This document shows, piece after piece, positions 1 to 12,391 of a stretch of 64,000 nucleotides of DNA. Within the stretch, counting starts at the first letter, position 1. Each line of letters starts with the position of its first letter. The position numbers and the translations under genes were made by a program. Under the pieces are notes generated by a model. The model was not told where the DNA came from, did no database searches, and was given only the letters and a program-made list of their open reading frames with translations. Source of the stretch: Balanoglossus misakiensis (lineage: Eukaryota > Animalia > Hemichordata); the NCBI GenBank assembly GCA_040954595.2, contig CM082588.2:4032156-4096155 (forward strand), written 5' to 3'.

Positions 1-3000
1 ATGACAAGTACATGTAATTCGTACAGTTAATGAGCCGGTGATAAAATGTACCACTCATTCATAACGACCTCGTTAATTGTATCATTTGCAACATACATCC
101 GTGGGTTCACACTATGATCTGAAACATGGCATTAATTAGGCGCTGTGATATGTATTCATTTATTTATTTATTACCCATTTATTCCACTCCACTATATCAC
201 GGTCATGATTTCTACACGTATCAACAACACTTAACATGCATAACATGCAATATGCGGTACGATCGGTGACGTCATGATATATCATAATTAAGTTTTGCTG
301 TTTTGAATGTAATTTAATTTAAAATGTGCAGGGAGGTCTTTTGATAAATCCCTCGGCGCCTATCGTGAAATAACATACCCCCACTTTAGCGATGCCAACA
401 GTCAAATTATATCGTGTCAGCCCGAGGACACTTAAACTGTTTTATCGACACCTACCTGCGAAGTCAGGATACGGAAGTTCGTGTACTTGTCCTCTCCAAT
501 TTTCCACGAGAGGGTAGATACAAGTGCTGTTTTTGAAATGCTCAGTGAGAACCCCGATACATAAGACTCTTTGCGGACTAGCCAGTGGGAATGTGTTGTC
601 CAGAGCTTGGCCACAGGCATCAGCGCTGGTGGGACAGTTGTTGGCTCTCGAGGACAACAACAACAATGATTCGCCTATAAGCAGAGTTACCAACGGACTC
701 TGATAGCATTGTTAGCAGACAAAAGAGCCAGTCTGTGAGAGATTTTACTTCAACAATGTGGGCCCCGCCTGACCTTTCGGTTGCAATGAGAACGAATCAA
801 GCAGAAAATACGGTCTGTCGCTGCTTGCCACAAAAGGTTTCCCGAAGAACTTGATACTTACACAATGATAGCATAAAGTCAAGACAAGTCCAAATTGATA
901 TATGTTGCTCAATTGGCCAGATAAGTTCTTGTCACACATTCAATTCAAGTCTCGTTAGAAAAATTAATCTTGAAGTGTCTTCATCATTATGCAATAATGA
1001 CGTGAAATGACCACTGAGCGGAGTCCACATAAAAAGCGTTTGTCACAAGAAAAACGAAAGGGGGGTTCATCGTACCTGTAGATGACGCACCCAAGGAAAC
1101 TTTTCTGGCACTTGCAAGAGTTCTGTCGTAGGAATGTCAAGACGGTCGACGACGTTTGTGGTAAGGCCGCCGCCAACGACTGCTTTGAAAATGTCCACCC
1201 TTAACGTTTGGGGGAGAAGAGGTTCTTAAATAGGATTTTATACATGGGCCGACACCATAAAAACGAATGTTTTCCCTTGTATGACACCCAATTATACTTG
1301 TCTGTAATCAAAGGAACAATTCTTTGACATTGCAGACAAATTACTTTAGCTTGGCATATGCAGTGTGTAATTTATTGCCTCCACTGATAAATATACATAC
1401 ATGTATGTTGCCTACAATGATTCCTTGAAGCTTGAAATGAAGATTTATTATAAACTTCCCTGTTATTCCTTTCTCGTTGATTTAACGTCTGACGTCAGAG
1501 ATAACGTAACCTTGCTGCTATTTTTACCATCTTTGTATCAAAATCGTGAGGGAAAATTGTGTTTATTTACAGAGAGCCTGTGATTCAATTTGTGCGGGCG
1601 TCAGGCAGCCTGTTTGGTTTACCGTTAATTCTCTGTTCAGTATAAAATGAAGATGGTAGAATACAAAAATCCTGACCTAGAAATAACATTTTAAATGAGT
1701 CCATGTGCTTGTTAACGTAGCTTAGAAAGTTTATAGCTATGCCAAACATGTGTATCATTCTCTGAAGAAAACCTGGCCTACATAACGGGTCATTCGGTCG
1801 AGTATGCCGATCGGCGCCTTTCAATTATGCAGGGGTAGTTAGACATTGCTAAATAACTCGACTTCTTGCATTCACATATACCTTGAAATTTATGTCAACC
1901 ATATTGAAATAATTACGTACTCGCATTAGGCGGATGGCTGGACAACAGATCGTCAGATAAGACTGTACAATAAGATACAAAATGACTCAGGTTAAATAGA
2001 CCTATATTTTATAAGATAGCTCGATTACAATTAAATGATACATTTAATATCATCGGCCATTTGGGAGAGGCAAAGTACGTTCTGGGTTCAGCATCCGCTC
2101 CGAGTAGCTTCAAAATATATTGTCTAAATTCTTAGCATTTAAATTTGCAAAAGTTTGCAAAAAACGGACAAGTTCTGGATAGAGGATACAACGTATATGT
2201 TCTTGGTGATATTGACGTCATAGATTCCTATTTCAGTCTAAACCCCACAAGTACGCTGTCTATAAGAATTTCTGTTATATCGCACCTGCTAAGTTCCAAC
2301 ATACCGATAGACTTAATATTGGCACTTGGTAAACATGTGTTCTCAGTCCGCGAAGATGAAAACGGCGCATCGGAGATTAGGGATATAACTCGATCATCCA
2401 TAAGGCCACCGTACAGATGCCATTATACCTTCACGGTCGACCTTGAAACTCCGACAGGGTGGCCTGAATGATACCGTGGCCGCAGGCTTCTCTGCCCTTG
2501 AATCTGTCATCAAAATCCCCGCTGTGTGATAGATCAGTGTATTCTCTCCGCAGCTGTGACTTCCGTACTTGCCACACTCCCTTTTTAAATTATGGCGTTT
2601 TCTCGAATAATTACGTCTTAAAATGCAAATAATGAACACTCCCCTTCGAGATTCACACAGACGTTTGCACGGATGTCTCGTACATAACATTTTATTGTCT
2701 ACTAGCCCGCGTGAATGCCGTTTCTCGTTGCTTGTACATGTTTAAATTACACGCGCATCGTATACTGGTTTGAAGACGTCAACGATTTCGAGTATCGCTA
2801 CAAGCCATCTCCCCGTGTCTTCCAAATGGCGCCATAGAACACTATATTGCCAAATTGCATTATTACATTATTCAGTGTGTACTCATCCAAGATGATCGCT
2901 TGCCCCTAAATATCCGCTAATCGGGTGTACATCTTGGCAATTCTCAGGTTTAGGCCAGAGTGCATTGTTACGGAAATACTGACTTGCGGGCAAATCAGAG

Positions 3001-3430
3001 TTTAAAGTTTTGTACATACATGTAAGGCTCGTTACAATGTTCTTGTCTCAAAGTATACGTCATAGAGTGCAAATATAGCTCCTGCCCGTGTTGGGCACTT
3101 TAGCCACGTAATATCTGCTCAATTCCGGCGTTCACGCAACGGTTCTAGTAAAAACAATTTGACGCCACTTAAGATCTCTCTTGTACCGTGTATGTATAAA
3201 CATCCAGATACTTAAGTCAACCCCTTGGTCGATGTTTATCCTTGTGTGCGCCCGCATGTATTTTTAGTCTATGACGATAGACATGATAATGCTATGCAAT
3301 CGCGTGGTGACTACCATGATGATGCATTATACTGTCACTGTTTTAAGTTGACCATGTACAAAGTGGAGTAAATTGATCTTTGGGTGTCCATTTTGGACAT
3401 TGTTTAGTTTTTTTTCTGAACCTAGCTTGG

Positions 3431-3997
3431 CTACTGGCTGTCATCACTCTTCTGTAGATTTTTCTGGTTCATGCTCTCGTTGTGTGCCAGCGTGTAGCCG
3501 TCTTTCATCTTTCCCATCATGAAGTCGAACACCAAGAGCCACGACTCCTTGACCTCGGATGTGTATCTGTCCTTAAGTTCCTGCTCCCAGACGTCGAGCA
3601 TCGCGCTGGTGAAAATGTCGAAAAAGGAAGGCTTGAAGCCGTCGAAGGTGACGTGCGACCTACCGAGTTTCAGAAGCAGGGGCGCGAGAGACGTCTCAAG
3701 GCTGTCCAGATTGTCCACCGCCGCCCCGACGCTTTGCATAAACCGCGACGCGTGTCCCTTGAAGTTCATGTCTTTCAACAGAGCGTCGCCTTCCTTGTCT
3801 CGGCACGGGAACAAATGCTTCACTTTGGGCTCCATCTCGAATATTCGGAGGAACACCTTTGTGCCGTTCCCCGTCATGTCGTTGGCCAGCGGCCGCCACG
3901 TCTTGCGGACGATCCGCCTCTGCCGCTCGGTGAAAATGTCTCTCTCCTCGATGGTCATTTCCCCGACGTTCACACCCGATGACGCGCTACACCCCAT
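3431..3997 (-). CDS. Globin (globin X / neuroglobin-like), 188 aa, predicted N-acylated and membrane-associated; CDS in a single exon
   Basis: The ORF has globin-fold hallmarks: A-helix 'IVRKTW', B/C 'VFLRIFEMEPKVKHLF' (CD1 Phe), distal E7 His in 'FKGHASRFMQSVG', proximal F8 His in 'LGRSH', and H-helix 'ESWLLVF'. The N-terminus MGCSASS has Gly2/Cys3 as in acylated globin X. Third codon positions are GC-rich against AT-rich flanks. Confidence 0.93.
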   Translation of the reverse strand: MGCSASSGVNVGEMTIEERDIFTERQRRIVRKTWRPLANDMTGNGTKVFLRIFEMEPKVKHLFPCRDKEGDALLKDMNFKGHASRFMQSVGAAVDNLDSLETSLAPLLLKLGRSHVTFDGFKPSFFDIFTSAMLDVWEQELKDRYTSEVKESWLLVFDFMMGKMKDGYTLAHNESMNQKNLQKSDDSQ

Positions 3998-4118
3998 GAT
4001 GTGTCGACGGATGAACGAACTCCGTATTATGGTAAAAGTCTCTTATATTCAACCGTTCCTGTATATGATATTCCCGGTCGTCAGAGCCGGCGATCTGAGT
4101 GGTACTTCAACTTCGGAT

Positions 4119-4140
4119 CTGAAAATGAAAATAGACGAAA
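4119..4140 (-). other. Splice acceptor of a 5'UTR intron of the globin gene (coding exon begins at 4118)
   Basis: The minus strand reads tttcgtctattttcattttcag|ATCCG: a polypyrimidine tract plus AG, about 120 nt upstream of the ATG. Confidence 0.65.
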
Positions 4141-4545
4141 CAACCTTGAGAACGTTTGTTAAACAAGACATCACTGGACGATCGTCTTACCGCTAACTGC
4201 CCGCGCCTGTTACCATGGCACTGAAACCGGAACCTACGTCACCCGTGTTATCGCGCTAGTCAATCGCGAGCTGAACTTTCCACATGAATTCACGTAACAT
4301 GCGTGGGTATATCCCCTACTGAGAATATCGCGAGCGAGACCATCAATTCTATCCACTGAAAGCCAGAAGGTCGCCGAGTTGCCGTTGAAATGAATCACTT
4401 GTTTTTCCATACTTAGTTAGCAAAATGCAGGAGGCATCAGGTTTTACAGAAGATTCGTGATGGATCATGTATCTGAGTACCATATCTGGGGAGTTTTGGA
4501 TTTCCCGTTTCCCGTCTGTCGTTTCCCCGAATACCCATGTGATAG

Positions 4546-4650
4546 CCCCCCCCCCTCTCTCTCTCTCTCTCTCTCCAGTCCAGTCCAGTACAGTACAGTT
4601 CACTACTGTACAGTATACTACGATACAGTATGCGTAAATACTGTAGAGTA
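4546..4650. repeat. Poly-C/(CT)n microsatellite followed by degenerate (CAGTA)n pentamer repeats
   Basis: cccccccccc tctctctctc... ccagtccagtccagtacagtacagt... Confidence 0.85.
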
Positions 4651-5400
4651 ATTTAACGTTTAGGAACAGTTCGATCGGAAAACATTCGTGACCCTGTCGG
4701 TCAAAGTTTTACTGTTCGCTTTATTACCGTATAGATTGTTACCACGCAAGATCGCCAAACACACATCTGTTTACATTCTGTTCGACTTGTCGGAGCAACA
4801 TCATTGATTTCTGTCAGCAGAGTTTCCTATAACTATCTATCATTGGTTTCATGGCTCTGTGTACAGCGAACCCAGTGGTCTAGCTTGCTGTGTATCAGCG
4901 TGAACACGCTGTTTCCTAACCAAAAAAGGCCAACCTCTCATCTGCACTGCAATATACTCGAAAGTACTTTTCAAAAATTTCTTCTGGAAGACTTGACTCA
5001 CTACTCAGAGAGGCAATATTCTGTCGTACTGTCTGACAGGGATGGGGACCAATTCGGAAAACCCCGGACCGCAAAATGACGCATGCAAAATTATTGTATT
5101 GAGGTTAGAGACCGAACGAAACTCGCACAATTAGAATTCTGGGTGAAGTGCGCACTTCAACGCACAAGCATATGTTTAACATATCGGATTTCTGTCAAAG
5201 TCGGCTTGACTTACATGTACAGATCGTTCCTATTGATCGGTTGCGTGTAAATTTAGCAGTGCAGTCTTACCGACCCACTGAGGCTGTAGAGTCAGATTTG
5301 CAACTGGGGATCCTGTACGATTTATAGTTCAAACGTCAAGAACAAGGTCGAGACACGGGACACGACCCTCATTCGTATTCGGAGAGAGGGGTCAGCGACT

Positions 5401-5468
5401 GAGAGAGAGAGAGAGACAGACGGACAGAAAGAAAGAAAGAAAGACGGAGAGAGAGAGACAGAGACAGA
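5401..5468. repeat. Compound (GA)n/(GAAA)n/(GACA)n microsatellite
   Basis: Read directly from the sequence. Confidence 0.85.
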
Positions 5469-8400
5469 TGTCAATCATACACGGATAACCACCGTGGCCG
5501 TCTTCAAGTTCTAGCTTCCGTTGGCGACGGTGAAAAACCTCAACGTGTCGCTTGCTGTCACCAGGACTTGCCGCTCAGTCGGACTTCAGTCGGTGACGTA
5601 TACATCAAGCCGCGACCATCCATCGCACTGACCTCTAAACGCACTTCACATGCGCAGCGGTGCAGACATGTAATAGTATTAAATCACTGACGGGTATCCC
5701 ACTAGAACACCGAATGCTTGAAATTCCGGTGAAATGCAGTCATCTGAGTCATCGGTGATTTAAAGTCTTCAATTTATTGGTTGTACACATTTACACGGGT
5801 TAATGACCAAGGGGTTGATAACCATAAATGAATACATGATTTCATGACGTTCGCGTTATTGGCCAAATCACTCGGCGCGAATCTTCTGTCGACTTTCACA
5901 GTAGCGACGGGTTAGCCTGATATCGGCACATTTGTATTCAACTTGTATAAAAATTCCGTATCCGGAGATTCACAAGCTGACACACTGTGTACAGAAAACA
6001 GAAAGTACGCAGTCTCGCCAAAATGTAAATCATTTTACAGCTGCCTTATTTGCTCTGGAATTTTAAACCACAGATTCATAAGCAGCGAGTGACAAATTAT
6101 ATGCAGCAATCAGGGTGAACTGTGGGTCCTTTACCATAACACATGTGAAAGCCGGACGATCCTCAGACTACATTGTGGAACATAACATTTTCTCGTGTGT
6201 TTATCCTTGGTGAATAAGGGTTACTCTCAAAGAAAGGATGATGACCCTTTTACGGCTTGTCTGGCAGAGAGACCCGGACTACTTTCTCACCATGAGTTCA
6301 TTCACTTCTGTCGTGCGCCCGTGCCGCGGAGGGACTCCGTTAACATTCACACGCGCATCCAGACGATTTCATTCAATTTAATGAAATCCGCCATTCTCCG
6401 TTCAGGAAACACGCCAGCTGAAATTCAATTGCTCGTCAAGACTTCAATGTCTGACGGAGAAATGCCGGAATTTTACTATGATCACCCAGCGCTCGTTATT
6501 GGATTTTTAAAAAGTGATGTATACTGTATACGACTTAGAGGATGTTTAATCAATTTAATAGAAGAAAGATAAACGAAGGTATTGGTATGTTTAGACGATG
6601 CACATGTATGTATGTATCTTTTGTCCCTACTGTATCACGCCGTACTCCCAGATAGTTAATTGAACAGTAATCCCAAATGCATGCATATCAAACTTTGTTT
6701 AGAAGCTGCACGCAAACAAGAGTCAAAGTCGCACGTCTTCTGCCAGTAACGCGGGGGTTTGTCACTGTCCTGTTGGATGAAACGTTGAATTGGCGGTCGT
6801 AACGTCACTACTGTCGGGCTGGTGGTAAGGGATTCGATGGGAAGGGATTCGAGTACCCCACTCATCAAATCGTGCTTGCCTGTATATCATGCATATCCAT
6901 GAGTAGGAGGTCTCTTGGCGACCCACGCTATATCCGCAAGTGTATTACAGGAAGTCACACCAGGTGATGGACGTGGCATGTTATTCATATTAGAGGAAGA
7001 TGCTTTTCTTTCGGGAAGAATTCAAATGTCCCTCGAGGGTTTTCCGGTTTGATAATGAATTCACGAATTGGGTTTGGGAAAAGACTCCAGAACAGCATGG
7101 CCCCTCGTATTTTAGAAACCGGTTTTCTTCACATTCTTAGGCATATGCATAGAGTGTATTCGAATCTGTGGTTGGATATCTGTAGTGTCTGCGTGTGCAT
7201 GACCGGGTATCTGAAAAACCAAGGCTGGAAAGCGAATTCTTCACGAAAGTATATATCTGTCTCGTCTCTGCTTTCCAGGTCACATGACAGTTGTTCTTTA
7301 GAACAGCATCTATTGATTTTGATATCGAATCTAGGAGCATAGCTCCTACGAGAAATCCTGACGCGGAGGTCAGTACCACTTTGGTAAAATTCCTTTTGAA
7401 CTTCTTCCGACTGACATTCGATATGCATTTATTCCTGAAAGTCAGTGGTTTGCGCCGCCATGGGGATAAGAGGTAGATTTTCACCTTTGACCAACATATC
7501 AAGATTTCTCGGTTATAATCAGTTTTTTTTCTAACAAGGCGATAGTGAGTCGGCTTGCCAAATGGTGATGGTACCCTTGGGGACAATCGATGCGTATAAA
7601 TCACTTTGTAAAGTCGTTGACTATCTGGTTGAAAATGTACAAGAATCACTATCGCGCGTACGGGCGCGTCCAACATCAAAAGAACGCGGTCATATTCTTC
7701 CTATTGAAAAAAAAATCCGATTCATTCGCAAAGTAACAGGATCATCAAACAGGGCATCCACGCGACAACCAGGCGGCTTCGTGACGCTATTTGCGAACAT
7801 TGAAATCGAAAAGCTCGCTTTTGGCATAACAAGATGTTTGACGTAGTTTGGAAAACAGAACCCCGATCACGAGTGACTTTATCAAATAACACGCAAGTAT
7901 CACTGAAACCGCAAATGCTTGAAAATCTAATTTACTTTTGTGTCAGTTTCATTTCCTCTGTGCCATGGTGAAGTATCACCAACATAACGTCAGATGACAT
8001 ACAGACGAAAACAAAACTGGCAAACAAGAGGTTGTATGCATTCAAGATTATTTGAATTGGCTACAACTTCATTATACCCCGTATGATTGGGTACAGTGCA
8101 GTACATGGCATGTCATTGCATACTAAGAAGCAATCACGGTGTCTTAGCTCAAAGCAAAACTGCGCTGGACAAAAAATCATTCAAGTTTAAATGGTCTATT
8201 CAATATCGAGAACATGTTTTTTTTTCTCTATCAAAATACGGCCGAAAAACTATTCATGTCCGATTAAAGGGTTGATTGCATGAAAATAACGTAACTAAAC
8301 TATAGAATGAAGCAGTTGTCATTCAATGTGTTGGGCCGACCCAATGACCTGTACTTTTATCTTAATGGTTTTGCATTCACCAAATGAACGCATCTCGTTA

Positions 8401-11400
8401 ACGATGATGGTTATAACCTTTGCCGTAAAGCGCCATCTGAATTGTTTTGAAGTGGCTGCTCATCAAATCTAGATAGCTCAAATTAAACTCTCACGATGTC
8501 ACCATCATACAGAACACTGGACAAGACGGTTAAGAATGAATAATTTGAACTAGCCGCATGTCTATAAGCAGAATCGGGGATAACTCTTCGATAAAAGTTA
8601 GAGAAAAAATAACAGACAACCTCCTGGGCAGGATTGAATATAGCTGTTCATTTACGTCACCGTTGTGCCCAGTCAGGCACCATGCCATGTTTCATCGGCC
8701 GAGCAGCAAAAATTGTTGCAAGTCCCGCTTGGGGTTAATGTATAGTTCAATAATAAATAACTACATTGCGCAGACTTTCTATTTCGAACTAACGATATTG
8801 ATGTGGCCCTAAAAGATGACGGAGTGGTCTTAATAAGCAGAACGATGTGATTTGTAGGTTAGTAGTATTAGACACCGCTTCCCGGAGATAACGCCCCCTG
8901 GCCAAGTTGATCATAAACGAAACATGCGCATAACAGCCCAGTTATTAATATAGCGATGACTTTTACATGGGTTGTTTAAGAGAATCTTGAGTGAATAGTT
9001 TACCAAAGGTAAACCCATCAATCGCAATTTACATGTAAATTGTTAACAATTCCAATCGGCATCTCCTCCCGTTGTTGGCGCATGCGGACCAGCCGCGATT
9101 GGCCTAAACACTGTAAATGATACGGTCACCCCGACTCTCGCCAGGTGATGTAATCAGCACCAATAATTATCGAGAGTACCCACGGGACAGAAAGACTCTT
9201 CCCCGTTCTGTGGCATTAAATTGCATTTTCACGAAGTCCACGCATTCTCCAGGTTAATAAGCAATCTCGGAAAACAGAGGTCAAATACCCGCCAACTTCA
9301 CCACTTATACGGTGCACATGAAATATGGAAGGAACCGAAGGCAGCCGAAAACTAATTGATCAGAACACACCAAGGCTTTTCTAGGGCACATTGCAGGTTT
9401 ATGATTAAAACAAATGTAACCAGACATGACGATATATGAAACCGCGAGCACATGCCCGCCGCGCGCGCGTTGATTGACGGACGCGGGCTCATGGGGGAAT
9501 CGATCAGGCTTCATTGACAGACATGTCATGCGGGCGAAGGTTGATACTCTGATGCGCAGAGAGATGGATAGAGTAGACAATCCTCTGTCCATCTCCCCGG
9601 TGTTTAGAGTTCCGTGTAATATGCAGCGAGCAATCGAGTCCCGTGGAATTGATTGCTGACGCCAGACAGACAAATATCCCGAAGCCATAGAGATGGATCC
9701 GGGAGCTCTCTGGGAGTTAGAGTGTGAACGCTGTGTACGAGTACCACAAGCTGTCGTGCAGGCGGTGTGACGTATCTAGACTATATTCCAATCGCGGTAA
9801 CAGACGAAGGACTCGCCCCCGGGCTATGCAATGACAGTGCAGCGGTTTCAATAATAACAAATCATATTGCACATGATACAGAGAATAGCGTGTAATCTAT
9901 ATTTTTTTAAGAATAATCTCCTCGGGCTGTCATGGTAAAATTTTATTATCGTGGCATATATCTTCCCATTTCATCCCATTATTACTTGTTGTGCGCTGTA
10001 AATGGAAAAATAATAACCAAATGACTTGTCATGTCGATTCGCACTGAAATTTGCAATTTCTTGACTTCACCTAATCTTGTCTTTACGCATGGCTGCAGTC
10101 GTAAACTTGATTGATCATACATAGTGATGTACTCTTTTGTGCAATTTCGACAAGATTATATCGACAGTGGTCGGAAAATGAAGTGAATATCTCATCGAAG
10201 CTGAAGCCAATTCCCCGCCATTTTTTGCGTCTCTTCAAAAGAACCGCTTATCTGACAAGGACATTGCGTTTCTCCCGCAAAAATAGAGAGCCAGCCAATT
10301 TTCGTGAAACATTCAGTAGCACAGGTAACCGAACAACCCTGAACAACCCTGACCACCGCCTATTTCAATCCTGCTGACATGATTAGAAATTAATCGCGTC
10401 CCTGTGTCAACAAATATGATTCCAGGTTGGATACATTAAAAGGACACCCGACCTTGTTGCCGGATTGAAGATGCTGCAGTGATTGCGACACGTGAGACAG
10501 CTCTCTTGAAAGCCACGATGAAATACCAAAGGTAACGTGCATATGCGGCATGACATTTCCATCAAATCATACCATGCGTCGGGTGCACTGTCATGTATAC
10601 CGGGCAGGTTTCATTAAAGTAATGGCCGACAGAATAGACAGGCTTGTTTGACAGAGACCCAGTTTATACATCAGTAGTCTCAGCAATCAGTAAAAAGCTG
10701 ACAGGACAGGATTAAAGATTTCACATTAGCTGCTGACACTGTCTTGAGTGGATAGACCGTCCTCACTGTACACGTATCGACAGTGGTAAACTTATGCAAT
10801 TTTTGTAGAGCTGATGGTGCCATTTTACGTCGCCTCGTGGTTCACTGGATGTGATCTGACTGCATTTAAGTATTTTGCCACGATGTAAAACAAGTTTGTG
10901 TTGTTCTCCGAAAATCTCCCAAAAAGGCATAAGCGCACAGTGACGCAAAACTAAGAATTCACTTATTTTGGCCCATATTGTCAGACGGGTAATCAATTAC
11001 GTATCGCAGACGCTTCCATGCTGGTGAAACAAGACGCGTGGTGACAGATGTCGAAAACACCTTCCACCAAACTGTCCTGTTTGCAAAATATGTCGTCATT
11101 GTGTTCTACATTAACACCCCCTCCCACAAAGACCCACACATACTTCCCATACAGCCGTGAGAACAATACCCGCCAATGGCACAGTAGTACATTAGTGTTG
11201 GACGGCCACTGAATGCAAATGAGGCAATCATGGAAAAGCAGAGCTGACGTTGCCCTCGTTCACGGAATGTAGCGACGATGCATGTGCCAGATTTGGATTG
11301 TGAAAGACTCTTACTCGTACAGTTCAAATACTCAACGAACAGATCACCGGCAATTCAACTTCAGTCTTATCGATAAATACACAGTACACACCAGGTTTCC

Positions 11401-12292
11401 TTACGTGTTGATGCACGTCAAAACCGTGGACTGAAAATCTCGCCTGGAGATAAAACTCTGAAAAATTCTCTAAACGTAGACGTTCGCTGATTCCGGTGCA
11501 TTCTTGGCGAACACAAATTCTTTCAGGCTGCGCATGCTTCAGTAAAATGGAAAATAACTCGAGCGAATGCGCGTCCATGTTTTCCAAACCGCGATGATGC
11601 CCATTAAACTGAAAACACGCAGTCAAGCATGCGAGCGAAATCGTTATTCCGTAACTATTGCCCCAATAAGCGATACCATTTTGTGAATACAAGTCAATTA
11701 CGCGTATTAGTATCTGTGACTTGTTCATACACTCTTCGCCTAATCTGTATATTTACTACCTGAAGCATGAACCAAGAATATCTGTGGGAAGGTGTTTTTT
11801 TCAGTTCCTCTGAACCGTGTCCGAACACATTCAAGTATTCCCACACTGCCGTGAACATTCGTTCAGTGCATTTTTACTCGACACGGATGCTGGAAATCGA
11901 ACCGCCTTACCTTATGTGTGTGTGTTAGGTCTCCCTTGAAACACGTCTCACACAAAAACATTCATCAAAACCGTCCGACATGTTTAACGGCGTCGTCTAC
12001 ACGCTCTGCTGAGAGAGGCGACTGGCGTTCGACATCTGCAACGGCAGACCGTATACTATCGCGTTCTCGCCAAGAAGGCTCTTCGCGGATGGTTTGGTGG
12101 AAGCGGTACTCCAGCGACTATCGTCAATCGATGAAAATGGAATTGATACTTGGCAGCCTGCAATCAACCACTACATCGCTTATTCCGAGCACGCGAATGC
12201 CAGCAGAATAAGCCGACTGTTCACGCGACCCCAAAATGCGGGCGCATCTACAAAATTAATCAGTCTTCCCTTTCCCGTCGAAGCAATCAACG

Positions 12293-12391
12293 GTTGCCCT
12301 GGCAACCCCGCGATACTATACATGTCGCTTCGCAATGATGGCTATGTTTACGGAACTACGCAGAGTTCCGGCGACGGGTTGTCATGGCGAC
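12293..12391. promoter_or_regulatory. Pair of RFX X-box-like motifs
   Basis: GTTGCCCTGGCAAC (12293-12306) and GTTGTCATGGCGAC (12378-12391) match the GTTNCC-AT-GGNAAC type X-box palindrome. Confidence 0.5.

Noticed and set aside
745-939. Peptide LSGQLSNIYQFGL faintly resembling a non-LTR reverse transcriptase motif
   Set aside because: Too short, and the surrounding frames do not extend the similarity.
3482-4196. Plus-strand ORFs of 166 and 225 aa over the globin
   Set aside because: Antisense shadows of a GC3-rich coding sequence; no recognisable protein features.
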